Positions 1 through 9,303 of a stretch of 64,000 nucleotides of DNA are shown one piece after another (position 1 is the stretch's first letter; each line of letters starts with the position of its first letter). The notes beneath the pieces were generated by a model that saw only the letters and a program-made list of their open reading frames with translations, had not been told where the DNA came from and searched no databases. The DNA comes from an uncultured Desulfospira sp. (GTDB lineage Bacteria; Desulfobacterota; Desulfobacteria; Desulfobacterales; Desulfobacteraceae). A program made the position numbers and the translations under genes. The stretch is taken from positions 832,001 through 896,000 of the forward strand of contig OY760175.1 in the NCBI GenBank assembly GCA_963663165.1. The letters are read 5' to 3'.

Positions 1-21
1 AAATATGAATGATCACCCCAT

Positions 22-1578
22 ATGATCCATAAACTGAGCCTGCGCATGCCGCCTGAAACAGCCGCCGATCCTGAAGCGATTCGAAAGGCCGCTGCCCAAC
101 ATGTGCCCTGTGACCTGTCCGATATTAACGCTGTTCGCATTGATCGGCGCTCTCTTGATGCACGGGGCACAACCCCGAAATTCGAACTTATGGTATCGGT
201 TTATTGCGGGCAGGCACCGCCTGACCCCTGCCCGCCCAAAGTGTATCCGCAAATCAAATCAAAACAGCGGGTGGTGATCGTGGGCGCCGGTCCCGCCGGT
301 CTTTTTGCAGCACTCAGGCTGATCGAACATAACATTTGCCCCGTCATTCTCGAACGGGGAAAGGATGTGCGCAGCCGGCGCTTTGACCTTAAAGCCATCA
401 ACGTTCAGGGCATCTGTGATCCGGACTCCAATTACTGCTTTGGGGAGGGCGGCGCTGGCACCTACAGTGACGGCAAGCTGTACACCCGGTCCACCAAGCG
501 CGGCAAAATAGATGATATTTTGTCTGTCCTGGTCCGGCACGGCGCGGCCCGGGACATTCTCATTGACACCCATGCCCACATCGGCTCCAACCGGCTGCCC
601 CGGATCATTGCCGCCATTCGGCAGACCATCCTTGACAGCAACGGTGAAATCCATTTCAATTCCCGGGTGACGGGCCTGATGATATCCCAAACCGGCATCA
701 CCGGTGTGCGGACACCGGACAAAGAGGTTGCGGCCGATGCCGTAATTCTGGCCACAGGCCATTCTGCCAGGGATATCTATGGGCTGCTCAAGGAAAACGG
801 GATATCCCTTGAATCCAAACCCTTTGCCGTTGGTGTGCGAATTGAGCATCCCCAGGCCCTGATCAATTCGATTCAGTACGGACGGAATGCGAAGAATCCC
901 CACCTGCCCACGGCCAGTTACCGGCTGGCCTGCCAGGTCAACGGGGCGGGGGTTTATTCCTTTTGCATGTGCCCGGGGGGAATGCTGGTGCCAGCGGCCA
1001 CGGCCCCGGGCGAGCTGGTCCTTAACGGCATGTCCAATTCCGCCAGGAATCTTCCCCATGCCAATGCAGGGATAGTGGTGACCGTGGATAAACCCCTCTG
1101 GGAAAATCATAAGAATAAAGGCCCTCTGGCCGGCCTGTTGTTTCAGCAGGCCCTTGAAACCCGCGCCTATGCCGCCGGGGGAAAAACCATGGCCGCACCG
1201 GCACAGCGGCTGACGGATTTTCTGGCGGACAAACCCTCAATGTCACTGCCCCACACCTCCTATCTGCCCGGCGCGGTGAGTTTTCCGGTCAGACAGGTCC
1301 TGGGCGGGTTTATTACCCATGCCTTAAAGGACGGGTTTAAACAGTTTGACCGGAAGATGAGAGGGTTTATTACCAGCGAGGCCCTTGTCCTGGCGGTGGA
1401 AAGCCGCACCAGCTCACCGGTCCGCATCCCAAGAGATCCGGGGACCCGGATGCATCCTCAGCTTTCCGGGCTGTTTCCGGCAGGAGAAGGCTCGGGTTAC
1501 AGCGGCGGGATTGTCTCCAGCGCCCTGGACGGACAGCTCAGCGCCGATGCGGCCGCCGGATTCCTGGGGGCCGGATAA
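22..1578 (+). CDS. FAD-dependent oxidoreductase (uncharacterised NAD(P)/FAD-dependent dehydrogenase family)
   Basis: 518 aa; VIVGAGPAG dinucleotide-binding motif, FGEGGAGTYSDGKL, FCMCPGG, ESRTSSPVRI, GEGSGYSGGIVSSALDG. Confidence 0.85.
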   Translation: MIHKLSLRMPPETAADPEAIRKAAAQHVPCDLSDINAVRIDRRSLDARGTTPKFELMVSVYCGQAPPDPCPPKVYPQIKSKQRVVIVGAGPAGLFAALRLIEHNICPVILERGKDVRSRRFDLKAINVQGICDPDSNYCFGEGGAGTYSDGKLYTRSTKRGKIDDILSVLVRHGAARDILIDTHAHIGSNRLPRIIAAIRQTILDSNGEIHFNSRVTGLMISQTGITGVRTPDKEVAADAVILATGHSARDIYGLLKENGISLESKPFAVGVRIEHPQALINSIQYGRNAKNPHLPTASYRLACQVNGAGVYSFCMCPGGMLVPAATAPGELVLNGMSNSARNLPHANAGIVVTVDKPLWENHKNKGPLAGLLFQQALETRAYAAGGKTMAAPAQRLTDFLADKPSMSLPHTSYLPGAVSFPVRQVLGGFITHALKDGFKQFDRKMRGFITSEALVLAVESRTSSPVRIPRDPGTRMHPQLSGLFPAGEGSGYSGGIVSSALDGQLSADAAAGFLGAG

Positions 1579-1655
1579 CCGCAATTATGTAAATAAAGAG
1601 ACCGGAGACTGGAAACAAGAGAGAATAAAGCAAGGAGTCGAAGCCCCTTTGTGGT

Positions 1656-1831
1656 GTTTGGCGAAAGCCAAACCTCGGTGCCCTCTGTGGTTTAAAAATA
1701 TGAAATCCCGAAGGGGTTGAATTATTCTTCTTTAACCTCCTGGTTTTGTAAATTGTGGGCTTTGCCCACTCTTTAAATTTAACCACAGAGGGGCACAGAG
1801 TAGCACAGAGTTTCAGTGCTGCGCACTGAAA
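1656..1831. repeat. Nested inverted repeats (CTCGGTGCCCTCTGTGGTT / AACCACAGAGGGGCACAGAG) plus several short hairpins
   Basis: Arms at about 1674-1696 and 1778-1800; hairpins gtttggc-gaaa-gccaaac, gtgggc-ttt-gcccac, tttcagtgc-tgc-gcactgaaa. Confidence 0.7.
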
Positions 1832-1963
1832 TTGCATTCGGTAAGCTCAAACCGTGGGAAAGTTACATGCGATTGCCCTGCTATTACGTCCCGTCCGGTT
1901 GCAAAAACCGGTTTTAATGGTTAATTTCTAAGGCAATCCATATTTTTAACAGGAGTTTTATTC

Positions 1964-4315
1964 ATGAGAACCCATACCCGCCTTGATTATCCATCCGGTC
2001 ACGCCACGTTGAGCCTGGTCCCGTTGATACGATTCTGGCAGGAGAAGATTATTGCCCGGTTTCCGGGCATGGCAACGGCGTTTGAGCAGATGATGAAAAC
2101 CATGCCCGTGGCGTTTGAATCAGACATTCATGATACCGGGGTGTTGAAGGACCACAGAGAATCCCTTGACGCACTGATGAGTGCCGTTGTACCGCCGGCA
2201 TCTTATGAAAAGGAGATGATGGCGGCCTTTATCCCCTGCTCTTTTAAATCTTTTTATGCCACCCCGGAATTTGAACGGCTGTTTCTGGACCCTTCGGGCT
2301 GTCTTGGCCAGACCCTGAAAAACGAGCTCACCTTTCACTCAAATAAAAAGCCCCTTAAGCCTTATCACCTGGTCCTGAACCGGATTTATGATTTCCCCTG
2401 CCCTTTTTTAACCACCGGGGATGTCAGAACCCTGGTAGAGGAAGCCACCGGCCTGACAAAATATTATGAGGATTCATACGACCATCAGTTTGTGGACCTT
2501 GTCCCCCTGGCGCCACCCAAGCCATTGAATGACGAAGACCGCAGGCAGATCATGGCCCATCTGACTGACGTTGACCTGTTAAACCAATTCATAAACCTGG
2601 ATCAATACGAATTTAAAGGATTTGTTATTTCCAGAATTCAGGATGTCACCCCAAAAGAAATCATTTCCGCCCTTGAGCGGGACCTGGTGGATGAGAACTC
2701 GGTTTTTTCTTCCCAAGGCATCCAGCTGCTGGAATCCCGGCTCCAGTCGTTGTTTAAAAAACCGGACTTGGGCGTGGCCATCGCCGCCCTGCAGGAAAAC
2801 CAGGTCATGATCACCAAGAACGACCACCACTCCAAGATCAACTGCCTGTTCGCCAACTCCCACCATATCCCTTTGGCAGACCTTCAAGACTCGGTCTGGG
2901 CAAAAGCGGCCCATGAGGCGTCGGTATTAAGGGTGCCTGACCTTTCGGCCAAAACACCCCTTAACCCCAATGAACAAGTGGCCGTGACCGCCGGCATAAG
3001 GTCCATGCTGCTGTCCCCCTTGTATTACCAGGGGGAGAAAATCGGCCTTCTGGAAATTTATTCGCCCTACCCCAATGACTTAAGCTCCTTTGACGCCATT
3101 CTCATGGAACAGATTTCCCCGTTGTTTGCCGTGGCACTGAAACGGGGGCTCGATGAGGTGGGCAAACATGTCCAGAGGGTGATCAAAGAACAGTGTACCG
3201 CGGTCCACCCATCCGTTGAATGGCGGTTTGAAAAAGAGGCCATGGCCCACCTTGAACGGGTCCGGAAGGGGGATACGGACTCTAAAATGAAAGATATTGT
3301 ATTCAAAGATGTGATCCCTTTTTACGGGGCATCAGACATCAGGGGCTCTTCCAAAGCCCGTAACCAGGGCATTCAGCAGGACATGACCCGCCAACTGTCC
3401 ATGGCCCGGGATATTATGGCTGCCGCCGCCCTGGAACGCCCCTGGCCCCTGTTAAATGAATATGCCAAAAGAATTGACAGCCTGACTTGCAAAATTGATC
3501 AGGGGGTGACCTCCAATGACGAAAACACGGTATTTTCCCTTCTCAACCATGAGGTTTTACCCACCTTTGGCTCTCTTACCGGAATCAGCAGCGAGATAGA
3601 CCGCATGATTGACCAATATAACCAAGCCACTGATCCGGTCACCGGCATGATCCATGACAAGCGAAAAGATTACGAAGACAGCGTGGCCGCATTGAATACG
3701 GTGCTTTCCAATTTTCTCGAGCGCGAGGACGCTAAAGTCCAGGCATCCTTTCCCCATTACTTTGAAAAACGGCAGACCGACGGGGTGGATTATATGATGT
3801 ACATTGGCGGTTCCATGACCCCGGACGGCAGGCTTTCGGGGTTTCATGTCAAAGACATGACCTTATGGCAGATCATGACCGCCTGCGGCCTGGCCGTTCA
3901 TGCCGAAAGAATCAAACCGGATCTTAAGATTGAACTGTCCACCTGCCACCTGATCCTGGTCAACCACACCCCCTTGTCCATCCGGTTCAGGTATGATGAA
4001 AAACGGTTTGATGTGGACTCGGCCTATAACACCCGCCAGGAAATCATCAAATCCCGGCTGGACAAAGCCCTGGTCAAGGGGTCAGGTCAGCGGCTGACCC
4101 AGCCCGGGAAAATTGCCCTGGTCTATTCAAGCCCCGGTGAAGGCAAACAAATCCGGCAGCACCTTGAATACCTGGCTGGCCTGGGAAAGACCAAAAAAGA
4201 AATTGAATCCTTTGATATTGAGGACCTGCCTGATGTCAGGGGGCTTAAGGCCATGCGGGTGACGGTAAACACTGAATCGGGCTTGGCGAAAAACATCATT
4301 CCGATTCGGGCGTGA
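1964..4315 (+). CDS. GAF domain-containing protein with possible divergent nucleotidyl-cyclase-like C-terminal region
   Basis: 783 aa, RBS AGGAG; GAF signature AGIRSMLLSPLYYQGEKIGLLEIYS; C-terminal YGASDIRGSS and FEKRQTDGVDYMMYIG motifs. Confidence 0.75.
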   Translation: MRTHTRLDYPSGHATLSLVPLIRFWQEKIIARFPGMATAFEQMMKTMPVAFESDIHDTGVLKDHRESLDALMSAVVPPASYEKEMMAAFIPCSFKSFYATPEFERLFLDPSGCLGQTLKNELTFHSNKKPLKPYHLVLNRIYDFPCPFLTTGDVRTLVEEATGLTKYYEDSYDHQFVDLVPLAPPKPLNDEDRRQIMAHLTDVDLLNQFINLDQYEFKGFVISRIQDVTPKEIISALERDLVDENSVFSSQGIQLLESRLQSLFKKPDLGVAIAALQENQVMITKNDHHSKINCLFANSHHIPLADLQDSVWAKAAHEASVLRVPDLSAKTPLNPNEQVAVTAGIRSMLLSPLYYQGEKIGLLEIYSPYPNDLSSFDAILMEQISPLFAVALKRGLDEVGKHVQRVIKEQCTAVHPSVEWRFEKEAMAHLERVRKGDTDSKMKDIVFKDVIPFYGASDIRGSSKARNQGIQQDMTRQLSMARDIMAAAALERPWPLLNEYAKRIDSLTCKIDQGVTSNDENTVFSLLNHEVLPTFGSLTGISSEIDRMIDQYNQATDPVTGMIHDKRKDYEDSVAALNTVLSNFLEREDAKVQASFPHYFEKRQTDGVDYMMYIGGSMTPDGRLSGFHVKDMTLWQIMTACGLAVHAERIKPDLKIELSTCHLILVNHTPLSIRFRYDEKRFDVDSAYNTRQEIIKSRLDKALVKGSGQRLTQPGKIALVYSSPGEGKQIRQHLEYLAGLGKTKKEIESFDIEDLPDVRGLKAMRVTVNTESGLAKNIIPIRA

Positions 4316-5081
4316 CAACCAAATGCCCCGGATTTGGGAAAACAGACCCACCAGATAAAAGCCCATTCAGATCGGCGTACTGCCAGGTGTTGCCGCCATC
4401 GCCTGAAAAGCGGCACCCATAATAGTAAGTACCGGCTGTTCCCGCTGTGATGATTCCCACATATTCATCGTTATTTGAATACCCATTATAATTCAGGTTG
4501 CATTCAGCCGTCGTCCAGGTCATGTTCGCGGTATCAGGCGTTGATCCGATGCCAACTTGTGCCACCAGGACCGGGTGGGGATCACAGCCCATGGTCTGGT
4601 CGGTTAACCCTGAAACGTAAACCTGACCGTAAACATATATGGATGTCCCTGATACCGCTTGGGCGGACACCGGGTAAATCAGAATGGCCCAGTCAACGGT
4701 AAAGGTTTGGTTGGATAGACATTCGCTCTCATCGATTACGCCGTCACAATCGTTGTCGATACCGTCCGCACAAATTTCCTGCACACCGGGATTGATGCTG
4801 TAGGCCGCATCATCACAGTCACCGGTAACTGCGGTTAATTCAGATTCCGGATAGTAGTCTATCGGCTGGGCTTGAGCGTATTGAACCGTTCCATCTGAAT
4901 ACCCGTCACCGTCATAATCTTTATAATAGCCCAATGTACCGTAATATTGGGCAAATTGGGCCAAATCCGCGGCATCAATATCCCCATCGCCATCTGCGTC
5001 AAAACCACTGCCGTCAAAAGCATAAGCACTGATGGATAAAGCCATCCAGAAAACCAGTGCCGCGCCACAGATCTTTTTCAT
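4296..5081 (-). CDS. Secreted Ca-binding surface protein (dockerin/EF-hand-like N-terminus, MopE-like putative metal-binding repeat, Ig-like C-terminal domain)
   Basis: Start moved to MKKICG after GGAGG; signal peptide ending AYA; DADGDGDIDAADLAQFA; DCDD..INPG..EICADGIDNDCDG.IDE repeat. Confidence 0.75.
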   Translation of the reverse strand: MKKICGAALVFWMALSISAYAFDGSGFDADGDGDIDAADLAQFAQYYGTLGYYKDYDGDGYSDGTVQYAQAQPIDYYPESELTAVTGDCDDAAYSINPGVQEICADGIDNDCDGVIDESECLSNQTFTVDWAILIYPVSAQAVSGTSIYVYGQVYVSGLTDQTMGCDPHPVLVAQVGIGSTPDTANMTWTTAECNLNYNGYSNNDEYVGIITAGTAGTYYYGCRFSGDGGNTWQYADLNGLLSGGSVFPNPGHLVVTPESE

Positions 5082-5195
5082 CACGCCTCCTGAATAGTTA
5101 CCAAAAATTTTAAATTCAAGATTCCAATGCGAATACATTTTTTTTATATGCGCCCAAGTATACAAAAACCATCAATCGTGGTAAAGCCTTAACTC

Positions 5196-8100
5196 ATGCG
5201 AAAAAAAGTCCTTGACCTCCTAAAGGTTTATGAAGAAGAAATCAGCCTGGTTTTATGGACAGCGGCCCTGCTGTTCATCATCCGGTGCGGCGGGATGATT
5301 TTAAACAACATGGCGGAAACCGCCTTTTTAAAGCGGTACGGTGTTGAGTTCATGCCCGTGGTCAATATGGCCAATGCCGTGGCCACCTTTTTTATCACCG
5401 GATTTTTAGCCGCCTTTCTAACCCGGATGCCCGGGGCCCGGCTGTTAATGGTTGTTTTTATTTTTTCAGGATTTCTCATTGCCGGGGTTCGGATGATCAT
5501 CCCTTTTGGATTTGATCTGGTTTACCCCTTTTTGTTCATGCTCAAAAGCCAGTTTGAGATGATCCAGGGCATGCTGTTCTGGAACATGTGCAACGATATT
5601 TTCAATACCCGCCAGTCCAAGCGCCTTTTTCCGCTCCTCACCGCCGGCGGGGTTATTGGCCTGATTTTAAGCAGCTTTGCCACGCCCTTTTTGGCCGCGA
5701 AATTCAGCCTTGACAACCTGTTGTACATTTATCTTTTCACTTCGCTTGCTGCCGCAGCCATGGTAAGGTCCATGGGAAAGCATTACCCGGCCATAATTTT
5801 CGGCGACAAGCCGGACAGACCGGTGGCGGAACAACCGTCCCTGACAGATGAATTTAAAAAAATCCTGCCCCTGATCAAGGAATCCACCCTGATTAAGATC
5901 GTGCTGCTCCTCAATTTCATGCCCAACGTGGTGATCCCCATTCTAAACTACCAGTTCAACTATGCCGTCAATGACCAGTTTGCCACGGAAGGGGCCATGA
6001 TCCAGTTTTTCGGATATTTTAAGGGAAGCCTGAACATTATCAGCTTGTTTATCCTGCTTTTTGTGGGGCGGATTTATGGAAAGTGGGGCCTTCCTGTGGC
6101 CCTCATGTTTCATCCCTTTAACTATATGCTGGCCTTTGCCGCGTTTTTGTTCCGGTTTGATGTTTTTTCCGCCATGTACGCCCGGATATCCACGGGTATC
6201 ATCCGGACCACCATTAATGTTCCGGCCAATTCCATTCTCATGGGGCTGTTTCCCGAATCTTACCGGAACCTGATCCGGCCCTTTTTGCGGGGCACTGTTG
6301 TCCGGGCCGCCCTGTTTACAGGCTCGTCACTGATCCTTGTCTTTGATGCCCTGTTTCATCCGAGATATTTGAGCCTGGTGGCCCTGCCCTTTGTTCTGGC
6401 CTGGTGTGCGGCCCCGTTTATCCTGCGGTCCCAATACGGATCTATTCTTCAAAACCTGATTTCAAATAACCTGCTGGACATTAAAAATTTTAATCCCAGA
6501 GAACTTTCCCAGGTGTTCAACCATAAAAAAGCCCTGGCCGACTTGGAACAGGGCTTTCTTAAGGCCAGAGGAAGGGATGCCATCTGGACCGCCGGCCTGT
6601 TAAAACAGCTGTCTTACAAAGGGTTGGACAAATTGATTCTTCAAACCCTTGACCGGCAGAACCCCGGTGACCAGCCGGCACTGATCAAACTGATGTCCCT
6701 TGATGCTCCGGATGAAATCAACCATAACCTTACCCGTTTCCTTGACCCTGAGAAGCCGGAAACCACCATAGCCATTCTTAAACGGCTTGCCCTTTTGAAA
6801 GGGGACCCTGTTTTTGGCCCCTTTCTGAAGGGGGTGGACCTGCATCCTTTTTTTTACAGCCCCCATCCGGTTCTCAGGGGCTTTGCCTGCGCCGGCCTTT
6901 ACCGGATGGACCCTGAATCCCATCAAGGATTTATAAAAGAATGGCTAACCGCATCGGATACGGATCTTTTGCAGTCCGGTATCATCAGTGCCGGGTTAAG
7001 CCGGAACCCCAAGTTTATCCCGGATCTGTTACAGATGCTGGACAACGCTCCCCCGGGGCAGTTGATCTGCGAAATCATTATTGCCCTTAAACGGCTCAAG
7101 GCAGAGAACCTGCAGGCCATTGCCCTTACTTACCTGTTTTATCCGGAACAACAGGTCAGATCCGCTGCCTTGAAATCTTTTAAAATTGTTGATGATCAAG
7201 CCTTGAAAACCGTTCTGCCGCTACTCGATGACCTGTCAGAAAATATTAGGCGGTTGGCCCGGACAAAAATTGAGAGCGCCCTTTTGGCCAATGACCGGCT
7301 GTCCGGGCAGGTCATGGTCAATTGCCTTGAAACCCCCTCTTCGAGAATGCGCAAAGAGTTGTTTATTCTTCTTGAAAATTTAGACATCAAGGGGTTTGAC
7401 GCCGTGCTGTTTGCAAAAACCCAGCTGTTTAAGGCCTGGGAATACCTGTCCATGGCCAAGGCGGTAACGGCCCTGCCCAAAAACCAATTTCAGCAGCTTT
7501 GCGAAAGACACTTGATCGAACAGCAGGAACGCACCCTGGAAAGCACTTTCCGGGTCCTTGCCATCCACGACCGGACCGGCCGGATGAGAACCGTTTATAA
7601 AGGCCTTTACTCCAACGATACCCGTCAGCGCAGCAATGCCGTTGAACTGCTGGGCAGCATTCTGGATACCAGAACCTTTAATATGGTGGCACCGCTTCTG
7701 GAAACCCCGGGCCTTCTGGCCTTAGACCAGGGTGAGAAATTTGTAAAAATCAAAAACCTGGCAGTGGATGGCAACCGCGCCATTTCAAAGCTGGTCTTTT
7801 CAAACGACTGGACCGATGTAATTTTTGGCATGGGCATGGCCCACGGTCACCCGGATCTGTTAACCCCGTATCAAGACAAATTAAGCCAATCGGACAATCC
7901 CGACATTGTAAAGGAATGCAAGATGATCCTGAACAAAAACAAGCACCTCAAATCCCAAAACCAATCCCATGATCCCAAGGAACTGACCATTGGAGAAAAA
8001 GTTCTGCTCTTAAAAGAGATCGAGATTTTCACGGGACTCAAAGCGGCGGAACTTGCCGCCATTGCGTCGGTTTGCCAGGAGCAGGCCTGTGAGCAGGGGC

Positions 8101-8423
8101 TGACGGTGATCCGGCAGGGGCAGCCTGGAGATATGGTATTTTTAGTCGTTACAGGACAGGTGGCGGTGATCAAAGAGTATGACGGCAAAGATGCGGCAGT
8201 ACTCGATCACATGGGCCCGGGGGATGCCTTCGGGGAAATGGCCCTGATTGAAGATGCCCCAAGATCCGCAACCATTAAGACCACGGAACCCTGCCGGTTT
8301 TTAACCCTCCATAAAGAGGAGTTCAAGGAGACGGTCATGGAGTTTCCCGGGATCGGCCTTAAAATCTGCTCTGTGCTTAGCCGGCGGATCCGGGACCTTC
8401 ACGAAAAATTCAAAACCTGTTGA
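5196..8423 (+). CDS. Npt1/Npt2 (TLC ATP/ADP translocase-like) transporter fused to HEAT-like repeats and a C-terminal cyclic-nucleotide-binding domain
   Basis: 1075 aa; N-terminal multi-TM region with FW..NDIFNTRQSKRLFPL; helical repeat middle; cNMP motif VIRQGQPGD..FGEMALIEDAPRSATI. Confidence 0.8.
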   Translation: MRKKVLDLLKVYEEEISLVLWTAALLFIIRCGGMILNNMAETAFLKRYGVEFMPVVNMANAVATFFITGFLAAFLTRMPGARLLMVVFIFSGFLIAGVRMIIPFGFDLVYPFLFMLKSQFEMIQGMLFWNMCNDIFNTRQSKRLFPLLTAGGVIGLILSSFATPFLAAKFSLDNLLYIYLFTSLAAAAMVRSMGKHYPAIIFGDKPDRPVAEQPSLTDEFKKILPLIKESTLIKIVLLLNFMPNVVIPILNYQFNYAVNDQFATEGAMIQFFGYFKGSLNIISLFILLFVGRIYGKWGLPVALMFHPFNYMLAFAAFLFRFDVFSAMYARISTGIIRTTINVPANSILMGLFPESYRNLIRPFLRGTVVRAALFTGSSLILVFDALFHPRYLSLVALPFVLAWCAAPFILRSQYGSILQNLISNNLLDIKNFNPRELSQVFNHKKALADLEQGFLKARGRDAIWTAGLLKQLSYKGLDKLILQTLDRQNPGDQPALIKLMSLDAPDEINHNLTRFLDPEKPETTIAILKRLALLKGDPVFGPFLKGVDLHPFFYSPHPVLRGFACAGLYRMDPESHQGFIKEWLTASDTDLLQSGIISAGLSRNPKFIPDLLQMLDNAPPGQLICEIIIALKRLKAENLQAIALTYLFYPEQQVRSAALKSFKIVDDQALKTVLPLLDDLSENIRRLARTKIESALLANDRLSGQVMVNCLETPSSRMRKELFILLENLDIKGFDAVLFAKTQLFKAWEYLSMAKAVTALPKNQFQQLCERHLIEQQERTLESTFRVLAIHDRTGRMRTVYKGLYSNDTRQRSNAVELLGSILDTRTFNMVAPLLETPGLLALDQGEKFVKIKNLAVDGNRAISKLVFSNDWTDVIFGMGMAHGHPDLLTPYQDKLSQSDNPDIVKECKMILNKNKHLKSQNQSHDPKELTIGEKVLLLKEIEIFTGLKAAELAAIASVCQEQACEQGLTVIRQGQPGDMVFLVVTGQVAVIKEYDGKDAAVLDHMGPGDAFGEMALIEDAPRSATIKTTEPCRFLTLHKEEFKETVMEFPGIGLKICSVLSRRIRDLHEKFKTC

Positions 8424-9303
8424 TGTGATGGCGAACTGTTTTTTCAGCAAACAGTATCATTTCAAGGGCAATATCTTTTCCCGTGGCCGCCTCAAGCCCC
8501 CTGAAACCCGGAGAATAATTCACTTCAATGACCAGGGGTGAGCCGGTCCGGTCAATCATCATGTCCACACCGGCAATCACAAGCTTGCAGGCCCTGGCTG
8601 CGGCCACGGCACACTCCGCCCATTGTTCCGGGATATTTAAAATTCCTTTGGCATGGCCGGACTGGTGGATATTGGCCCTGAAATCATTGGATTTCGGGGT
8701 CAGCGCCATGCCGGCGGCCGCTTTTTCCCCAATGACCAGAACCCTGATGTCCTTGCGTTGTTCAGGGGGAAGAAACGTTTGGAGCAGCACCCCCTTGGCA
8801 GGATTTAACTGTTCTTTAAGATAAGTCTCGGCCATGCCTTTATGATCAATTTTAGCCACCCCGTCACCGCCCATGCCGTCCACCTGTTTGGCCACCAGGG
8901 GATAGCCGCCAAGACGGTCAACGGCATTGAAAAATTTGTCCGGCCGGGTAATAAAGCAGGTCTCAGGGATGGGAATGGCGGCCTCTTTTAAGGCCTGAAG
9001 GGTTTTGAACTGGTTTTTGGCCAGGGTGATGCCCGCCACACCGTTGGCCAAAAGAACGCCCATGCGTTCAAAATGGTTGAGCAGAACAAATCCGTAATCT
9101 CCCATGGGAGAGCCCTGGCGGGGGAAAATAAGATCGGGGGGCTGGTCCATGCCGTCAAAGGAGGGGCCGTTTTCATCTAAAACAGGGACCAGGTGATAGG
9201 GGTTAATCACCCGCAGGTCGTGCCCCCTGGACCGGGCCGCCTGTTTAAGCCGCCTGGAGGGATGAAAGTGATGATCATTGACACTGATAACGGCCAGTCT
9301 CAT
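8410..9303 (-). CDS. RimK-family ATP-grasp (alpha-L-glutamate ligase-like)
   Basis: DIRVLVIG, FRANIHQSG, AGVDM, VIEVNYSPGFRGLE; start MRLAV overlaps upstream stop (ATGA). Confidence 0.85.
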   Translation of the reverse strand: MRLAVISVNDHHFHPSRRLKQAARSRGHDLRVINPYHLVPVLDENGPSFDGMDQPPDLIFPRQGSPMGDYGFVLLNHFERMGVLLANGVAGITLAKNQFKTLQALKEAAIPIPETCFITRPDKFFNAVDRLGGYPLVAKQVDGMGGDGVAKIDHKGMAETYLKEQLNPAKGVLLQTFLPPEQRKDIRVLVIGEKAAAGMALTPKSNDFRANIHQSGHAKGILNIPEQWAECAVAAARACKLVIAGVDMMIDRTGSPLVIEVNYSPGFRGLEAATGKDIALEMILFAEKTVRHHINRF

